Shown piece after piece: positions 45,972-55,270 of a stretch of 64,000 nt of DNA (within the stretch, counting starts at the first letter, position 1; every line of letters starts with the position of its first letter). Where the stretch lies: the IMG/VR virus record IMGVR_UViG_3300027969_000041; one strand, written 5' to 3'. The notes beneath the pieces were generated by a model. The model did no database searches, was not told the DNA's origin, and saw only the letters and a program-made list of their open reading frames with translations. Position numbers and translations under genes: made by a program. This DNA comes from a virus (taxonomy: Duplodnaviria; Caudoviricetes).

Positions 45972-47219
45972 ATGCCTTATATCTTAAACAAAACAAATGG
46001 AAATGTACTTGCAACAGTTAATGATGCTGCGGTAGATCTTACTACAAATTTAACATTTGTGGGTAGAAATTATTCCGGGTACGGAGAAATTGTCAACGAA
46101 AATTTTCTAAAACTTCTAGAAAATTTTTCAAGCATTACAGATAATGCTCCTAGTAAACCTATTCAAGGACAACTTTGGTTTGATAGTACCGCACAACAAT
46201 TAAATATTTCTTATGATGGTAAATCTTGGAAAGGAATTGCTAACTTAAGAGCTCAATCAAACACACCTTCGGCTAACGCTTCTGCAAACGGGGACATCTG
46301 GTGGGATACATCTAATTCTCAACTAAAAGTATTTGACGGCACTGCCTATCAATTAATCGGTCCTCCGACATCTTCTTCTGCCAAAGCATTTTGGTCAGCT
46401 GTTGATGAACCTAAAACTACAACTCTTACCATTCCGATCCTTAAAGCAAAGATTGGCTCAGTACCAGTTGCTGTTATTTCTAATTACGGTGATACTGCTT
46501 TTACACCATTGGAGTCGTCCGATCTTTATAATACCTTTGGTACAATTAAAAAAGGTATAACATTACCCGGTGCTGATGCTGTAACAGGATCATCTACTTC
46601 TTCTGGTTATTACTTTTGGGGAACAGCAGCTGAGTCGTTAGTAACTTCTACAGCAAATAATTCTAATCGAGCAACTACTGCAACTAATGTTGTTACTACT
46701 TCTACTTTAATTAGTGGACAGACTAGATTTAATGTGCCGTTCCTCGGTACTGCAACTAACGAAAGTTCGGTAATGACTACCAATGCTTTCTACTTTACTC
46801 CTGCTACCAATGTACTAACTGTGACTGCTTCACAAGCTCGTTATGCTGATTTGGCGGAGCGTTATGAAGCTGATGCAGTATATGAGCCGGGCACTGTTGT
46901 AGTAATTGGCGGCGATAAAGAAGTTACTGTGACTGACAAATATGCAGATACAAGGGTAGCGGGCATAGTGTCTAAAAACCCTGCCTATATGATGAATTCC
47001 GAGGCTGGATCAGACGAAACTCACCCCTTTATTGCTTTAAAAGGCCGTGTTCCGTGCAAAGTTGTTGGGTCTATAAACAAGGGTGATCTGTTAGTAACAA
47101 GTACCTTTCCGGGGTATGCCGCAAGTTGGGCATCTCATGCTGAAGAAGGTTCTGTAATAGGAAAAGCCCTAGGAACTCAATCCGAGGGCTTTGGTGTTAT
47201 TGAAGTATTGGTAGTCTAA
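45972..47219 (+). CDS. Tail fibre paralog 4
   Basis: Same N-terminal domain; C-terminal ARYADLAERY...YEPGTV...IALKGRVPCKV domain. Confidence 0.7.
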   Translation: MPYILNKTNGNVLATVNDAAVDLTTNLTFVGRNYSGYGEIVNENFLKLLENFSSITDNAPSKPIQGQLWFDSTAQQLNISYDGKSWKGIANLRAQSNTPSANASANGDIWWDTSNSQLKVFDGTAYQLIGPPTSSSAKAFWSAVDEPKTTTLTIPILKAKIGSVPVAVISNYGDTAFTPLESSDLYNTFGTIKKGITLPGADAVTGSSTSSGYYFWGTAAESLVTSTANNSNRATTATNVVTTSTLISGQTRFNVPFLGTATNESSVMTTNAFYFTPATNVLTVTASQARYADLAERYEADAVYEPGTVVVIGGDKEVTVTDKYADTRVAGIVSKNPAYMMNSEAGSDETHPFIALKGRVPCKVVGSINKGDLLVTSTFPGYAASWASHAEEGSVIGKALGTQSEGFGVIEVLVV

Positions 47220-48100
47220 ACAGCCATTGGAGCCTTAATGGCTTCGTGACTTTGATAATCTACTAGATTAATATCAGACATATCAAACTCAGTAATAACC
47301 TCTATTTCTTTATTCAACTCTAAAGTTGGTAAAGGTAGGGGTTTTCTTTTGAGTTGTTCTTTTACTTGGTCGATGTGATTATTATAGATATGTGCATCGC
47401 CTATGGTAATAATTAAATCACCTACTTCTAAATTGCACACTTGTGCGAGCATGTGCGTGAATAATGCGTATGAAGCAATGTTAAATGGCACTCCGAGAAA
47501 CATATCTGCTGAACGTTGATACATCTGGCAACTTAGTTTACCGTTGTTAACATAGAACTGCGACATCATATGGCATGGGGGCAATGCCATTAAGTCAAGT
47601 TCGCCCGGGTTCCATGCTGTAATGATATGCCTCCGGCTGTAAGGATCATCTTTAATTCCGTTAATCAATTCAATTAATTGATCATGATTTTGTAAGATGA
47701 CTTTATTAACACGGACCAAAGGCTTACGCCACCTACGCCATTGTACTCCGTATACTCTTCCAAGGTCGCTAGGATGTCTCTGTAATCGCTTCTCTACCCA
47801 ATAAGGTGCTTGAGCATTATCTGTCCATATAGTTTTTTTATCAGTGTATCTTTCTCCGTGGAGGATTTCACGCAACCGACCTTCATCACCACTACCTTCG
47901 ATAAACCAAATTAGCTCACTTACAACAGCTTTCCATGCCAGCTTTTTTGTAGTAATAGCAGGGAAGCCTTCGGTAAGATCAAATCTCATCTGTAATCCAA
48001 AAATACTTTTTGTACCAGTACCAGTCCGATCAGGACGGTCATCGCCGTTTTCTAAAATATTTTTTAATGCGTCTAGATAAACTTTTTCTGGATGTGTCAT
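47216..48100 (-). CDS. thyA: Thymidylate synthase
   Basis: DRTGTGT, LGRVYGVQWR, MALPPCH, YQRSADMFLGVPFN and GDAHIY motifs; no intron. Confidence 0.97.
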   Translation of the reverse strand: MTHPEKVYLDALKNILENGDDRPDRTGTGTKSIFGLQMRFDLTEGFPAITTKKLAWKAVVSELIWFIEGSGDEGRLREILHGERYTDKKTIWTDNAQAPYWVEKRLQRHPSDLGRVYGVQWRRWRKPLVRVNKVILQNHDQLIELINGIKDDPYSRRHIITAWNPGELDLMALPPCHMMSQFYVNNGKLSCQMYQRSADMFLGVPFNIASYALFTHMLAQVCNLEVGDLIITIGDAHIYNNHIDQVKEQLKRKPLPLPTLELNKEIEVITEFDMSDINLVDYQSHEAIKAPMAV

Positions 48101-48573
48101 AGGTTGTACTCTTTTATAGTATATTTTATTGGTTCATTAAATGTAACATGTTCTTTAACTTTTGTAAAGTATTTTTGAACATAAGTCAAATTAAAATATT
48201 TGTCGCATTGGTATTCTGCATCAATTTCTGTTACATAGAATCTATCAATAATGTCAAGATACTGTTCATAAATGGCACCTCCGCCTATGATGAATATGTC
48301 TTTGTCGGGATATTCTACAGAACAATAATCTAATGCACTTCCGCAATCGTCGAAGGTGTGATCGCCTAATACTTGCTTTCGGCTTATTACTACATTGATA
48401 CGATTAGGTAAAGGCTTGCCTATACTTTTGTAAGTAGTGGATCCCATAATAACAACCTGTCCAGTTGTCATTCTTTTAAACCATTGCATGTCGTCCTTAA
48501 GGTGCGGCCAGGGCATTTGCCCTTCAAATCCAATACCTTGGTTCTTATCTACTGCTACTAAACAGCTAATCAT
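48097..48573 (-). CDS. folA: Dihydrofolate reductase
   Basis: IGFEGQMPW, DMQWFKRMT, VIMGSTTY, PLPNRINVV and FIIGGGAIY motifs. Confidence 0.95.
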   Translation of the reverse strand: MISCLVAVDKNQGIGFEGQMPWPHLKDDMQWFKRMTTGQVVIMGSTTYKSIGKPLPNRINVVISRKQVLGDHTFDDCGSALDYCSVEYPDKDIFIIGGGAIYEQYLDIIDRFYVTEIDAEYQCDKYFNLTYVQKYFTKVKEHVTFNEPIKYTIKEYNL

Positions 48574-49211
48574 TTACCTGACCATACATCTCTTTTTGAA
48601 TAAGGATTGCCCTTTTCAAATACAGCAATACTATCGTAAAAACTAATTCCAAAAGTACTATCTAACAATGGATTTCTTTCTAACTCGCCCTTAGTATGTT
48701 GTAGATTAAGTTGATCTATGTAAGTCTTACTCTTATTAAGAAATGTATGTGGATTAGTTAATCCACCTTGCCATTCCGGCCAATATGCAGTATGCAGGTC
48801 TTCAACCATGTAAACTGCATTCTTATCCATTTTAGGATAAAGGAATTCAAAAGTAGCATTAACATGATGTTGTTGGTGGCTACCATCGTCTAACACAATA
48901 TCTGGTACACCAAACTCGTCTATAATAGATTGTAGGAATTGAGGATCTGATTGATCACCAATACGAACAGACACATTATTTTGTTCGTGTTGCTTACAAG
49001 TTGGATCAATGTCGATGCCTATAATCTTTGTCATAGGTCCAAAGTACTTACTCCACATTTTTGAAGAGCCTCCCCACGCAACACCAATTTCTAAAAATGT
49101 TAAACTACGATTTCTATGTTGAGCAAAGTGTCTCTCGTAGATTGGAAAGTAGTGCGCCCATTTGTAAATAGGCGGATCAGATTGAGCAAGGAACGTTTCC
49201 CATAAACTCAT
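48570..49211 (-). CDS. Class I SAM-dependent methyltransferase (sugar O-methyltransferase-like)
   Basis: FLEIGVAWGGS, IIGIDID, GDQSD, DIVLDDGSH and YMVEDL motifs. Confidence 0.85.
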   Translation of the reverse strand: MSLWETFLAQSDPPIYKWAHYFPIYERHFAQHRNRSLTFLEIGVAWGGSSKMWSKYFGPMTKIIGIDIDPTCKQHEQNNVSVRIGDQSDPQFLQSIIDEFGVPDIVLDDGSHQQHHVNATFEFLYPKMDKNAVYMVEDLHTAYWPEWQGGLTNPHTFLNKSKTYIDQLNLQHTKGELERNPLLDSTFGISFYDSIAVFEKGNPYSKRDVWSGK

Positions 49212-49792
49212 TAGTCGGCTTCTACAGAAACTTTCTTTTTGCTCTTTGGAGGATCAATAGCATCTGCTTGTTTACGCAAAACTTGAGCCTGTTTGAACAA
49301 TGCATCTGCTTTACTACGCAGTTCTGCTGGAGTCATGTCCTCTGTAGATTCTACTGCCACCACCTCTGTAGATTCTTTCTTTGCAACCTTAGTTTTAGGA
49401 TTAGGTTTTGAACCATCAGTAATAGCTAGCTCGTCGACAGTTATACCTTTTTGTTCTGCAATCAATTGATTAAGTTCATCTAAAGGTACACTTGATTGAT
49501 TAGTTGGTGTTACTATCACTCCATTTGTGGGAACTTTCTTAAGATGACCACGAGTATGCAACCATTCTAACATATTGCTTCCGTCGGGGAATCGACGAAC
49601 TGCAAGTATATCTGCTAGTTCATTTGCCTGTTGAGCATTTTCATCTTGCAATAAACTCATTAATGCATCATGATAAGTATCACCTAGGTTGCTTGTACCA
49701 ATAACCAATGCGCTTAATGCATCACCTGGTATAGTACGATAAGCAATGGCAATCTTTGCTCCGTTGTTTTTCATTTTTCCCACATGTTTCAT
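49211..49792 (-). CDS. Hypothetical protein (193 aa)
   Basis: ORF with SD; TAATG overlap with the next gene. Confidence 0.6.
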   Translation of the reverse strand: MKHVGKMKNNGAKIAIAYRTIPGDALSALVIGTSNLGDTYHDALMSLLQDENAQQANELADILAVRRFPDGSNMLEWLHTRGHLKKVPTNGVIVTPTNQSSVPLDELNQLIAEQKGITVDELAITDGSKPNPKTKVAKKESTEVVAVESTEDMTPAELRSKADALFKQAQVLRKQADAIDPPKSKKKVSVEAD

Positions 49793-49804
49793 GTGATTCT
49801 CCTT

Positions 49805-50080
49805 TTAGGCCTGTGTTACAGGTTGTTCTGGTGTAGCGGCAGGTGTCGGCGTTACTGCAACTAAAAATGCACTAAGTCGATCATACACACTGCCTACTGC
49901 TGAAATCTCACCAGCGCCAAACGCACCGCGCTTAACTGCTACATCGATAATAGCTTTTAAATTTTGAAGATCAGCAATGCTCAACTCTGGCTGAGCGGCC
50001 GGCGCTTGAGGAGCCTCGCCTCCTACACCTTCTGTTCCTGCTACTTGTGCTTGTTCTTGATTTTCCATGTTAAAATTCAT
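49805..50080 (-). CDS. Hypothetical protein (91 aa)
   Basis: Low-complexity ends around a helical core (LSIADLQNLKAIIDVAVKRGAF). Confidence 0.6.
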   Translation of the reverse strand: MNFNMENQEQAQVAGTEGVGGEAPQAPAAQPELSIADLQNLKAIIDVAVKRGAFGAGEISAVGSVYDRLSAFLVAVTPTPAATPEQPVTQA

Positions 50081-50084
50081 CCTT

Positions 50085-50366
50085 TTATTTTTTATGTAAG
50101 TAAGGGCAACCTAAAGATAGCATAGTTAATTCTCTAGGATCTTCTATGCCAATTTCAATAACTTCGATCATCTTTTTATGTTGATCTAATGTTAACCTCT
50201 TTTTAATTGCGTACCTGCTATTTAAGTTGTAGCTAATCCAGTGATCTAAAAGTTTGGCGTCTATTAAACGGTCTACTGATAGTTTACTAAAGTGTTCTGG
50301 AATAAAGGAAAGTTTCCTTAGTCCCAAAACACCTAACGGGTTTATTTCCCCTCTGCTTAATGACAT
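50085..50366 (-). CDS. Hypothetical protein (93 aa)
   Basis: Fills the operon between the VWA gene and 49805-50080. Confidence 0.55.
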   Translation of the reverse strand: MSLSRGEINPLGVLGLRKLSFIPEHFSKLSVDRLIDAKLLDHWISYNLNSRYAIKKRLTLDQHKKMIEVIEIGIEDPRELTMLSLGCPYLHKK

Positions 50367-50377
50367 TAACTACCTAC

Positions 50378-51631
50378 TTATTTATAGTATGCAGTTTGCC
50401 CGAAGGGAGAAATGATACTGTCATTTCCATGAATAATAAACAGGCTTTCACAATAATCTTCATCGCCCCAACTACCGCAAGGATAACCGTCTGTAAACAT
50501 AATAAATCGTTTTGGCTCAATGCCCTCGTCTTTCATAAACTGGTAATTTACATCAAAGTCAGTACCGCCACCACCTTTTGGTTCGTAGCCCATAATCTCG
50601 TCGGCAGTATCGCCTGTGAAACGAGCATAGTTATACACTTGAGTATCAAAACACCACAAGTCTAGTTTGAAGTCCACATACTCATCCATAATGCCCTTGA
50701 CTTCGCTTAGGAAGTCTTTAGCCATTGCGTCACTAATAGAGCCAGACATATCAATAGCTACACTCACATCAATAGTTTCCTCGTTCATCATGCCCGGAAG
50801 CACAGCACCACAATGTTGGCTCTTACGATTAGGGCGTTGGAAACTAAAATTGCTCTTGATAATACTTTGGATGTTCATACGCAACAGTTGGCGCCAGTCC
50901 ATTTTAGGTTCTGTGAAGTCTTGAATAAGACGACGAACACCTGCAGGAACTCTGCCGGCACCTGCTGCCTGAGCAGCCGCTACCATTGCTTCTTTAATTT
51001 CGTCTTTGATTGCTTTCTTTTCTTCTGCAGTCAACCGTGGACGACCTTTGCCTTCTTTGTCCCCACCGTCACCTTCACTATCTCCGTCACCTTCCCCGTC
51101 CAAATGTTCGTCTAACAACTCGCCCAATGAACCGATATCAATTTTATCAGCTTTTTCGTACAAGTCATCGTAGATTTGTTCGTAGCTCAAGCCGCGATAT
51201 TTGTTATCTTGATAGATCTTAATCCAGCTAGGAACTTCGCCGATCTTTTCATCTTTAAGAATTTGATTAACAGCATAGTCAGCGGCAATGTTTGACAATG
51301 TAGGATCTCGATGATCGCGGCGACCAATGTGATCAAATACATTGTGTAATACTTCGTGAGCAAAACCAAACTCTGCTTCTTTAGGTTTGAGTTTATTTAC
51401 AAAGTCGTTATTGTAATAGAAGTTACGACCATCTGTGGCTAGTGTAGCACACCACTCACTGGCATCGATTAGTTTAAGGCGTGTAGCAAGATTGCCAAAG
51501 AATGGATGACGCAACAGCAATCCAATACGAGCTGTAACTAATTTCTCTACAATTTTAGATTTTTCTGCCGCAGTATATTCTTTAGTAGCAACAGGTTTTT
51601 TAATTTTTTCAGTTTTCATTACAGAAGTCAT
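50378..51631 (-). CDS. Putative metallopeptidase-VWA protein (DUF2201-like)
   Basis: ATDGRNFYYN, HEVLH (HExxH), acidic Gly linker, VWA MIDAS motif DMSGS, GGGTDF and FTDG. Confidence 0.85.
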   Translation of the reverse strand: MTSVMKTEKIKKPVATKEYTAAEKSKIVEKLVTARIGLLLRHPFFGNLATRLKLIDASEWCATLATDGRNFYYNNDFVNKLKPKEAEFGFAHEVLHNVFDHIGRRDHRDPTLSNIAADYAVNQILKDEKIGEVPSWIKIYQDNKYRGLSYEQIYDDLYEKADKIDIGSLGELLDEHLDGEGDGDSEGDGGDKEGKGRPRLTAEEKKAIKDEIKEAMVAAAQAAGAGRVPAGVRRLIQDFTEPKMDWRQLLRMNIQSIIKSNFSFQRPNRKSQHCGAVLPGMMNEETIDVSVAIDMSGSISDAMAKDFLSEVKGIMDEYVDFKLDLWCFDTQVYNYARFTGDTADEIMGYEPKGGGGTDFDVNYQFMKDEGIEPKRFIMFTDGYPCGSWGDEDYCESLFIIHGNDSIISPFGQTAYYK

Positions 51632-51659
51632 AACGGTCCTTGTTAGTGTCTAAGTATAT

Positions 51660-51688
51660 ATTATACATTAAATTTATCAAAAGAGCAA
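51660..51688 (-). promoter_or_regulatory. Sigma70-type promoter for the VWA gene
   Basis: TTGCTC-17 nt-TATAAT with an extended -10 TG. Confidence 0.65.
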
Positions 51689-51690
51689 GC

Positions 51691-51710
51691 AAAAAAGGCC
51701 CTTGCGGGCC
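51691..51710 (-). terminator. Intrinsic terminator after the AAA+ gene
   Basis: GGCCC-GCAA-GGGCC followed by TTTTTT on minus. Confidence 0.85.
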
Positions 51711-51714
51711 AATT

Positions 51715-52794
51715 TTACTCCATTGCTTGGATAATGTATTTGCCAAACTTGTCGTGGAAACGATCAAAGTTCTTCAATTTAGAAGCATCAAACGGCAGTT
51801 GATAATTTGTGAGAGCCACTTTGGCGCCCATAACAACCAGCTCTGTGGGGAAATTATCCATCATAAATCCAAAGAAGTTGTCTGCCATAGCATCCCAATC
51901 CTTGGCTTTTTTCTGATCGGCGCTCTGGAGTTCGTAGCACAACGACACTGTCAATGAATACATTGCAGAGATTTCTTTAATGTTGCACTTTTGAACCTTG
52001 CCGGACAAGATGTCCTCGGGCTTAGGCATCTGTTTTGCCACTTTGCGGTGTGCCATAAACTTAACAGCCAACCCTTCACCAATTGCACCCGCCACCAAAT
52101 CAGTCAATGTACCTTCGTCCAAGTCGTCGTCTGTTAACAGTTCGCTAACAAACATCCATGAACGAGGAGTAGCGAACGCCTTTGAGCTAGACTTTGGATC
52201 AAAGTCGTACAAGTCTTGTTTGGCAAAGCCAATATAACCTACAACCTGTTCGTGAACACGGTTGTTAGTAGCCCACTGCAACCAATCTTCGTAGTCGGAT
52301 TTTAGTTCAATGTGAACAAAACGGTTAGCCAACGGAGCAGGCATACGATAAGTTACGCCTTTGTCACCTTCACGGTTACCAGCGGCAACAATGCTAACAC
52401 CGTCCGGCAACTTATATGTACCAACACGACGGTTCAACACCAATTGGAAAGCCGCCGCCTGTGTAGCAGGAGCCGCAGAGTTCAACTCGTCCAAGAACAG
52501 GATAGCAGTAGACTCTGGATCTGTGGGCAATTCTGCAGGAGGAGCCCATGTCATAGTGTTTTCTATGCTATTAAAATATGGAATACCTTTAATGTCAGTA
52601 GGTTCCCAAAGGCTCAAGCGAACATCAATAACTTCGCGGCCTTGCTCGTCGCCAATTTGTTTAACAATATCGGATTTACCAATACCGGGAGGACCCCACA
52701 TGAATACTGGACGCTTAATTTTAACGCACTTGCGAATAGAGCGTTTTGCTTCGTTAGGAGTAACTGTACGATTAGATGAAATTTGTTCTGCCAT
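51715..52794 (-). CDS. MoxR/dynein-related AAA+ ATPase
   Basis: Walker A GPPGIGKS, Walker B LFLDE, sensor AAGN, LANRF and PRSW. Confidence 0.9.
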   Translation of the reverse strand: MAEQISSNRTVTPNEAKRSIRKCVKIKRPVFMWGPPGIGKSDIVKQIGDEQGREVIDVRLSLWEPTDIKGIPYFNSIENTMTWAPPAELPTDPESTAILFLDELNSAAPATQAAAFQLVLNRRVGTYKLPDGVSIVAAGNREGDKGVTYRMPAPLANRFVHIELKSDYEDWLQWATNNRVHEQVVGYIGFAKQDLYDFDPKSSSKAFATPRSWMFVSELLTDDDLDEGTLTDLVAGAIGEGLAVKFMAHRKVAKQMPKPEDILSGKVQKCNIKEISAMYSLTVSLCYELQSADQKKAKDWDAMADNFFGFMMDNFPTELVVMGAKVALTNYQLPFDASKLKNFDRFHDKFGKYIIQAME

Positions 52795-52856
52795 TTTTAA
52801 CTTTCAGTGTATAGTTGAGTTAATTTACTGACTGCCTTATGCTTCAGTATGTATTA

Positions 52857-52885
52857 ATTATACACGGTTTCTGTCTTTGTGTCAA
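52857..52885 (-). promoter_or_regulatory. Perfect-consensus sigma70 promoter for the AAA+ gene
   Basis: TTGACA-17 nt-TATAAT with an extended -10 TG. Confidence 0.85.
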
Positions 52886-53259
52886 GCAGATTTTAAGTTT
52901 TTTGCTTTTGCAGAGGAAAATTTTGCAATGTTGCCGGAAAACAACACTAGCTGTACAGCCATTTTTTCAGAAAATACAAAGATTTCCTTGTTGGACACAT
53001 ACCAAGGGCAATCTATAAAGTTATCCAATTGGATTATTAGCTGATTTGTATATTCTACAGGATGATCAAACCGGACTCTGTGTGCTTTAACTTGGGTAGT
53101 GAGTCTGGCAAATCCTTCGTCAGTTAATCGTAGCCCACCCTTTTCTTTTTTGCGGGGATTCTGCCACCACTGGGCAACGAGCTTTCTAATGGATTTTTCG
53201 TCAGTTGGTAATCCAGAGTGTTCTGCTATGTATTTGGTAAGATCAATCTTTTGATTCAT
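52882..53259 (-). CDS. Hypothetical protein (125 aa)
   Basis: ORF coupled to the upstream gene; GLRLTDEG segment. Confidence 0.6.
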   Translation of the reverse strand: MNQKIDLTKYIAEHSGLPTDEKSIRKLVAQWWQNPRKKEKGGLRLTDEGFARLTTQVKAHRVRFDHPVEYTNQLIIQLDNFIDCPWYVSNKEIFVFSEKMAVQLVLFSGNIAKFSSAKAKNLKSA

Positions 53260-53542
53260 TGGTCAACTTATCCCCAGTTACCAATTTGAAAACAGCAAAT
53301 TCTGTAGTGTTGAATTGCTTATTGAGCTTTTCGGCAAGGTTAATAGCATGTCCAGAATTTGAGAAACTAACTTTTTTGTATTTTGGGCCCAATTGCTGTG
53401 CCACAATGCTACTAGTTTTTAAGTTAATAGGCTTGTCCTGATAGAAAACAGCCCAGATAGCATCAGCTTCTAGAACTTGTTCTGTTTTGTAAGTCTTTTT
53501 GCTAGTAACTTCTAGCAAGACTTTGGGTTTTGGCCTACTCAT
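53243..53542 (-). CDS. Hypothetical protein (99 aa)
   Basis: MSRPKPKVLLE start; TAAATA at 53576-53571 upstream. Confidence 0.6.
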   Translation of the reverse strand: MSRPKPKVLLEVTSKKTYKTEQVLEADAIWAVFYQDKPINLKTSSIVAQQLGPKYKKVSFSNSGHAINLAEKLNKQFNTTEFAVFKLVTGDKLTNESKD

Positions 53543-53586
53543 ATATACGTTTCTCCGAAAAGTGCGTATATATTTAGCAGGTTTTG

Positions 53587-53808
53587 TTAGAATTTTCCCC
53601 CGTTCATCCTAACTTCAATATTGCCTGTAGAGTCTGCAGATACGGATTGATCTATTTCTCCAGACAGTCTAGTCATTACAACAGCTAAACTATTTTGAAG
53701 ATCTGTTGCTTCTTTAATAGTAAGTGTTAGATTCTTTTGATTTGACTTGATTGCAACTCTAGTCTTATCTAAAAAGTCTTCAATCGGTAATGTGTTTAAC
53801 GGTTTCAT
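53587..53808 (-). CDS. Hypothetical protein (73 aa)
   Basis: ATGA overlap with the upstream gene. Confidence 0.55.
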   Translation of the reverse strand: MKPLNTLPIEDFLDKTRVAIKSNQKNLTLTIKEATDLQNSLAVVMTRLSGEIDQSVSADSTGNIEVRMNGGKF

Positions 53809-54281
53809 TCTTTATTTACAGCCGATAAAGCTGATTTCATTTCAGTTTCTGTCTTAAACGGCCCGTGGAAGGGGTATCGTTCTAATGTAATCAACTTAGG
53901 ACAGAAGCTTTTAACCCAGCCCTTTTTAAACTTAATAATATAATGCCCTGCACAGTACTGACTTTTACTTTTAGCACTCTTTGCATATAACGGAAGGCGC
54001 TTTTTTACACTATAAACGGATTCGTAGGGCTTGCTACTGCACGGAAAGTCATAAATGTAATAACCTTCTGTGTTATCCTTTTTAACTTTCTTAATACTTT
54101 CTTCAAAGATAGCAATGCCAAATTGTGCATTAACGTCTGCTAGATTATCAAAGTTAATTTGTCTACCATTCTTAAAGAATACATAACCTTTTTTAGCTTT
54201 GGCTACGCTACCTATCTTTGTTTTTTCGTCTCTAAGTAACCACTCTTTATTAGGGATTACTACTTTAGCTGTTGAGTTCAT
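53805..54281 (-). CDS. Hypothetical protein (158 aa)
   Basis: ATGA overlap with the RNase H gene. Confidence 0.6.
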   Translation of the reverse strand: MNSTAKVVIPNKEWLLRDEKTKIGSVAKAKKGYVFFKNGRQINFDNLADVNAQFGIAIFEESIKKVKKDNTEGYYIYDFPCSSKPYESVYSVKKRLPLYAKSAKSKSQYCAGHYIIKFKKGWVKSFCPKLITLERYPFHGPFKTETEMKSALSAVNKE

Positions 54282-55270
54282 TGTACGTACCTCGCATTTA
54301 ATGGTTCAGCATAGCTTTGTACTTGTTCACTGATCTTATTAAGATCGTACTCGGCACAGAGTTTAAGCAAACGGACTCCTACCTGTGGAATATTCTTATT
54401 AGCAGTTGTTGCAGTATTGATTGTTTCTTGTATCAATGATTTAATGTCATCTGGTTGTGCTGTAAGATCGCATAATAGTTTATTACGAGTATAATCATCC
54501 AAAACACGATGTTCAACACCCTCGTGGTCGGACCACTTTTGGAGCATCATATTGTTCCAATTGTACCCTTTGTTGTTTCTATCGGCAAAAGCATCACGGA
54601 GACCAACTTTATTCTTTGTCCCCTTCTCACGTACTCCCGGATAAGCAGAGAAGATGTTATCGGAGGTGTCGCCACGCATACACTTCTCAAAGAGTAACCA
54701 TTCTGGGTCCGGTGCGGGTTTGACTTGTTTAGTCTTTTTATCAACGACATGCTTGCCCTTTTCATCAAAGTATCCCTCGTGTGTAGTTGTGATTGCCATA
54801 ACTCCGTTATACTGCTTGACATTGGGTGCAATTAATTGTGCAAAATCTCCATCTGTGCTTACAATAACATGTGTATCTTCTGGATGACTTTGAATCCATC
54901 CTGCAATTAGGTCATCTGCTTCAAGGCGAGGATGTTGTAGAACAGTTGTATTTGTTTTCTCTGTAATAAAGCCTTTGAACTCGTCAAACGTTTCCCAGAA
55001 TACCCGATCTTCTTCTGCTTCGCGTGGGCTCTGTGCCGCACGAGCTTCTGTACGTTGTCGTTTGTACGGAGCATATACATCTTTGCGCCAGCTACGCCCC
55101 TCTAAAAAGAAGATTACATGGTCACCTTTGAAGTCGCGCCATGCTTTACGCACACTACCTAATACTGTAGCTAGACTCATACCAATCTTATCTTCCAATG
55201 TACCACGAATGGCGTGACGAGCACGAAAGAAAGTATTTGCTGTATCTACAAGAATATATGTCTTTGACAT
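54278..55270 (-). CDS. rnh: 5'-3' exonuclease, T4 RNase H family
   Basis: ILVDTAN, EADDLIA, STDGDFAQL and GDTSDNI motifs of FEN/5'-nucleases. Confidence 0.9.
   Translation of the reverse strand: MSKTYILVDTANTFFRARHAIRGTLEDKIGMSLATVLGSVRKAWRDFKGDHVIFFLEGRSWRKDVYAPYKRQRTEARAAQSPREAEEDRVFWETFDEFKGFITEKTNTTVLQHPRLEADDLIAGWIQSHPEDTHVIVSTDGDFAQLIAPNVKQYNGVMAITTTHEGYFDEKGKHVVDKKTKQVKPAPDPEWLLFEKCMRGDTSDNIFSAYPGVREKGTKNKVGLRDAFADRNNKGYNWNNMMLQKWSDHEGVEHRVLDDYTRNKLLCDLTAQPDDIKSLIQETINTATTANKNIPQVGVRLLKLCAEYDLNKISEQVQSYAEPLNARYVQ

Noticed and set aside
41748-47219. Diversity-generating retroelement or invertible fibre cassette
   Set aside because: No reverse transcriptase, no long TR/VR pair differing at adenines, no invertase and no inverted fibre segments in the window.
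47216-48100. Intron in thyA, as in T4 td
   Set aside because: The ORF is continuous and full-length with all motifs.
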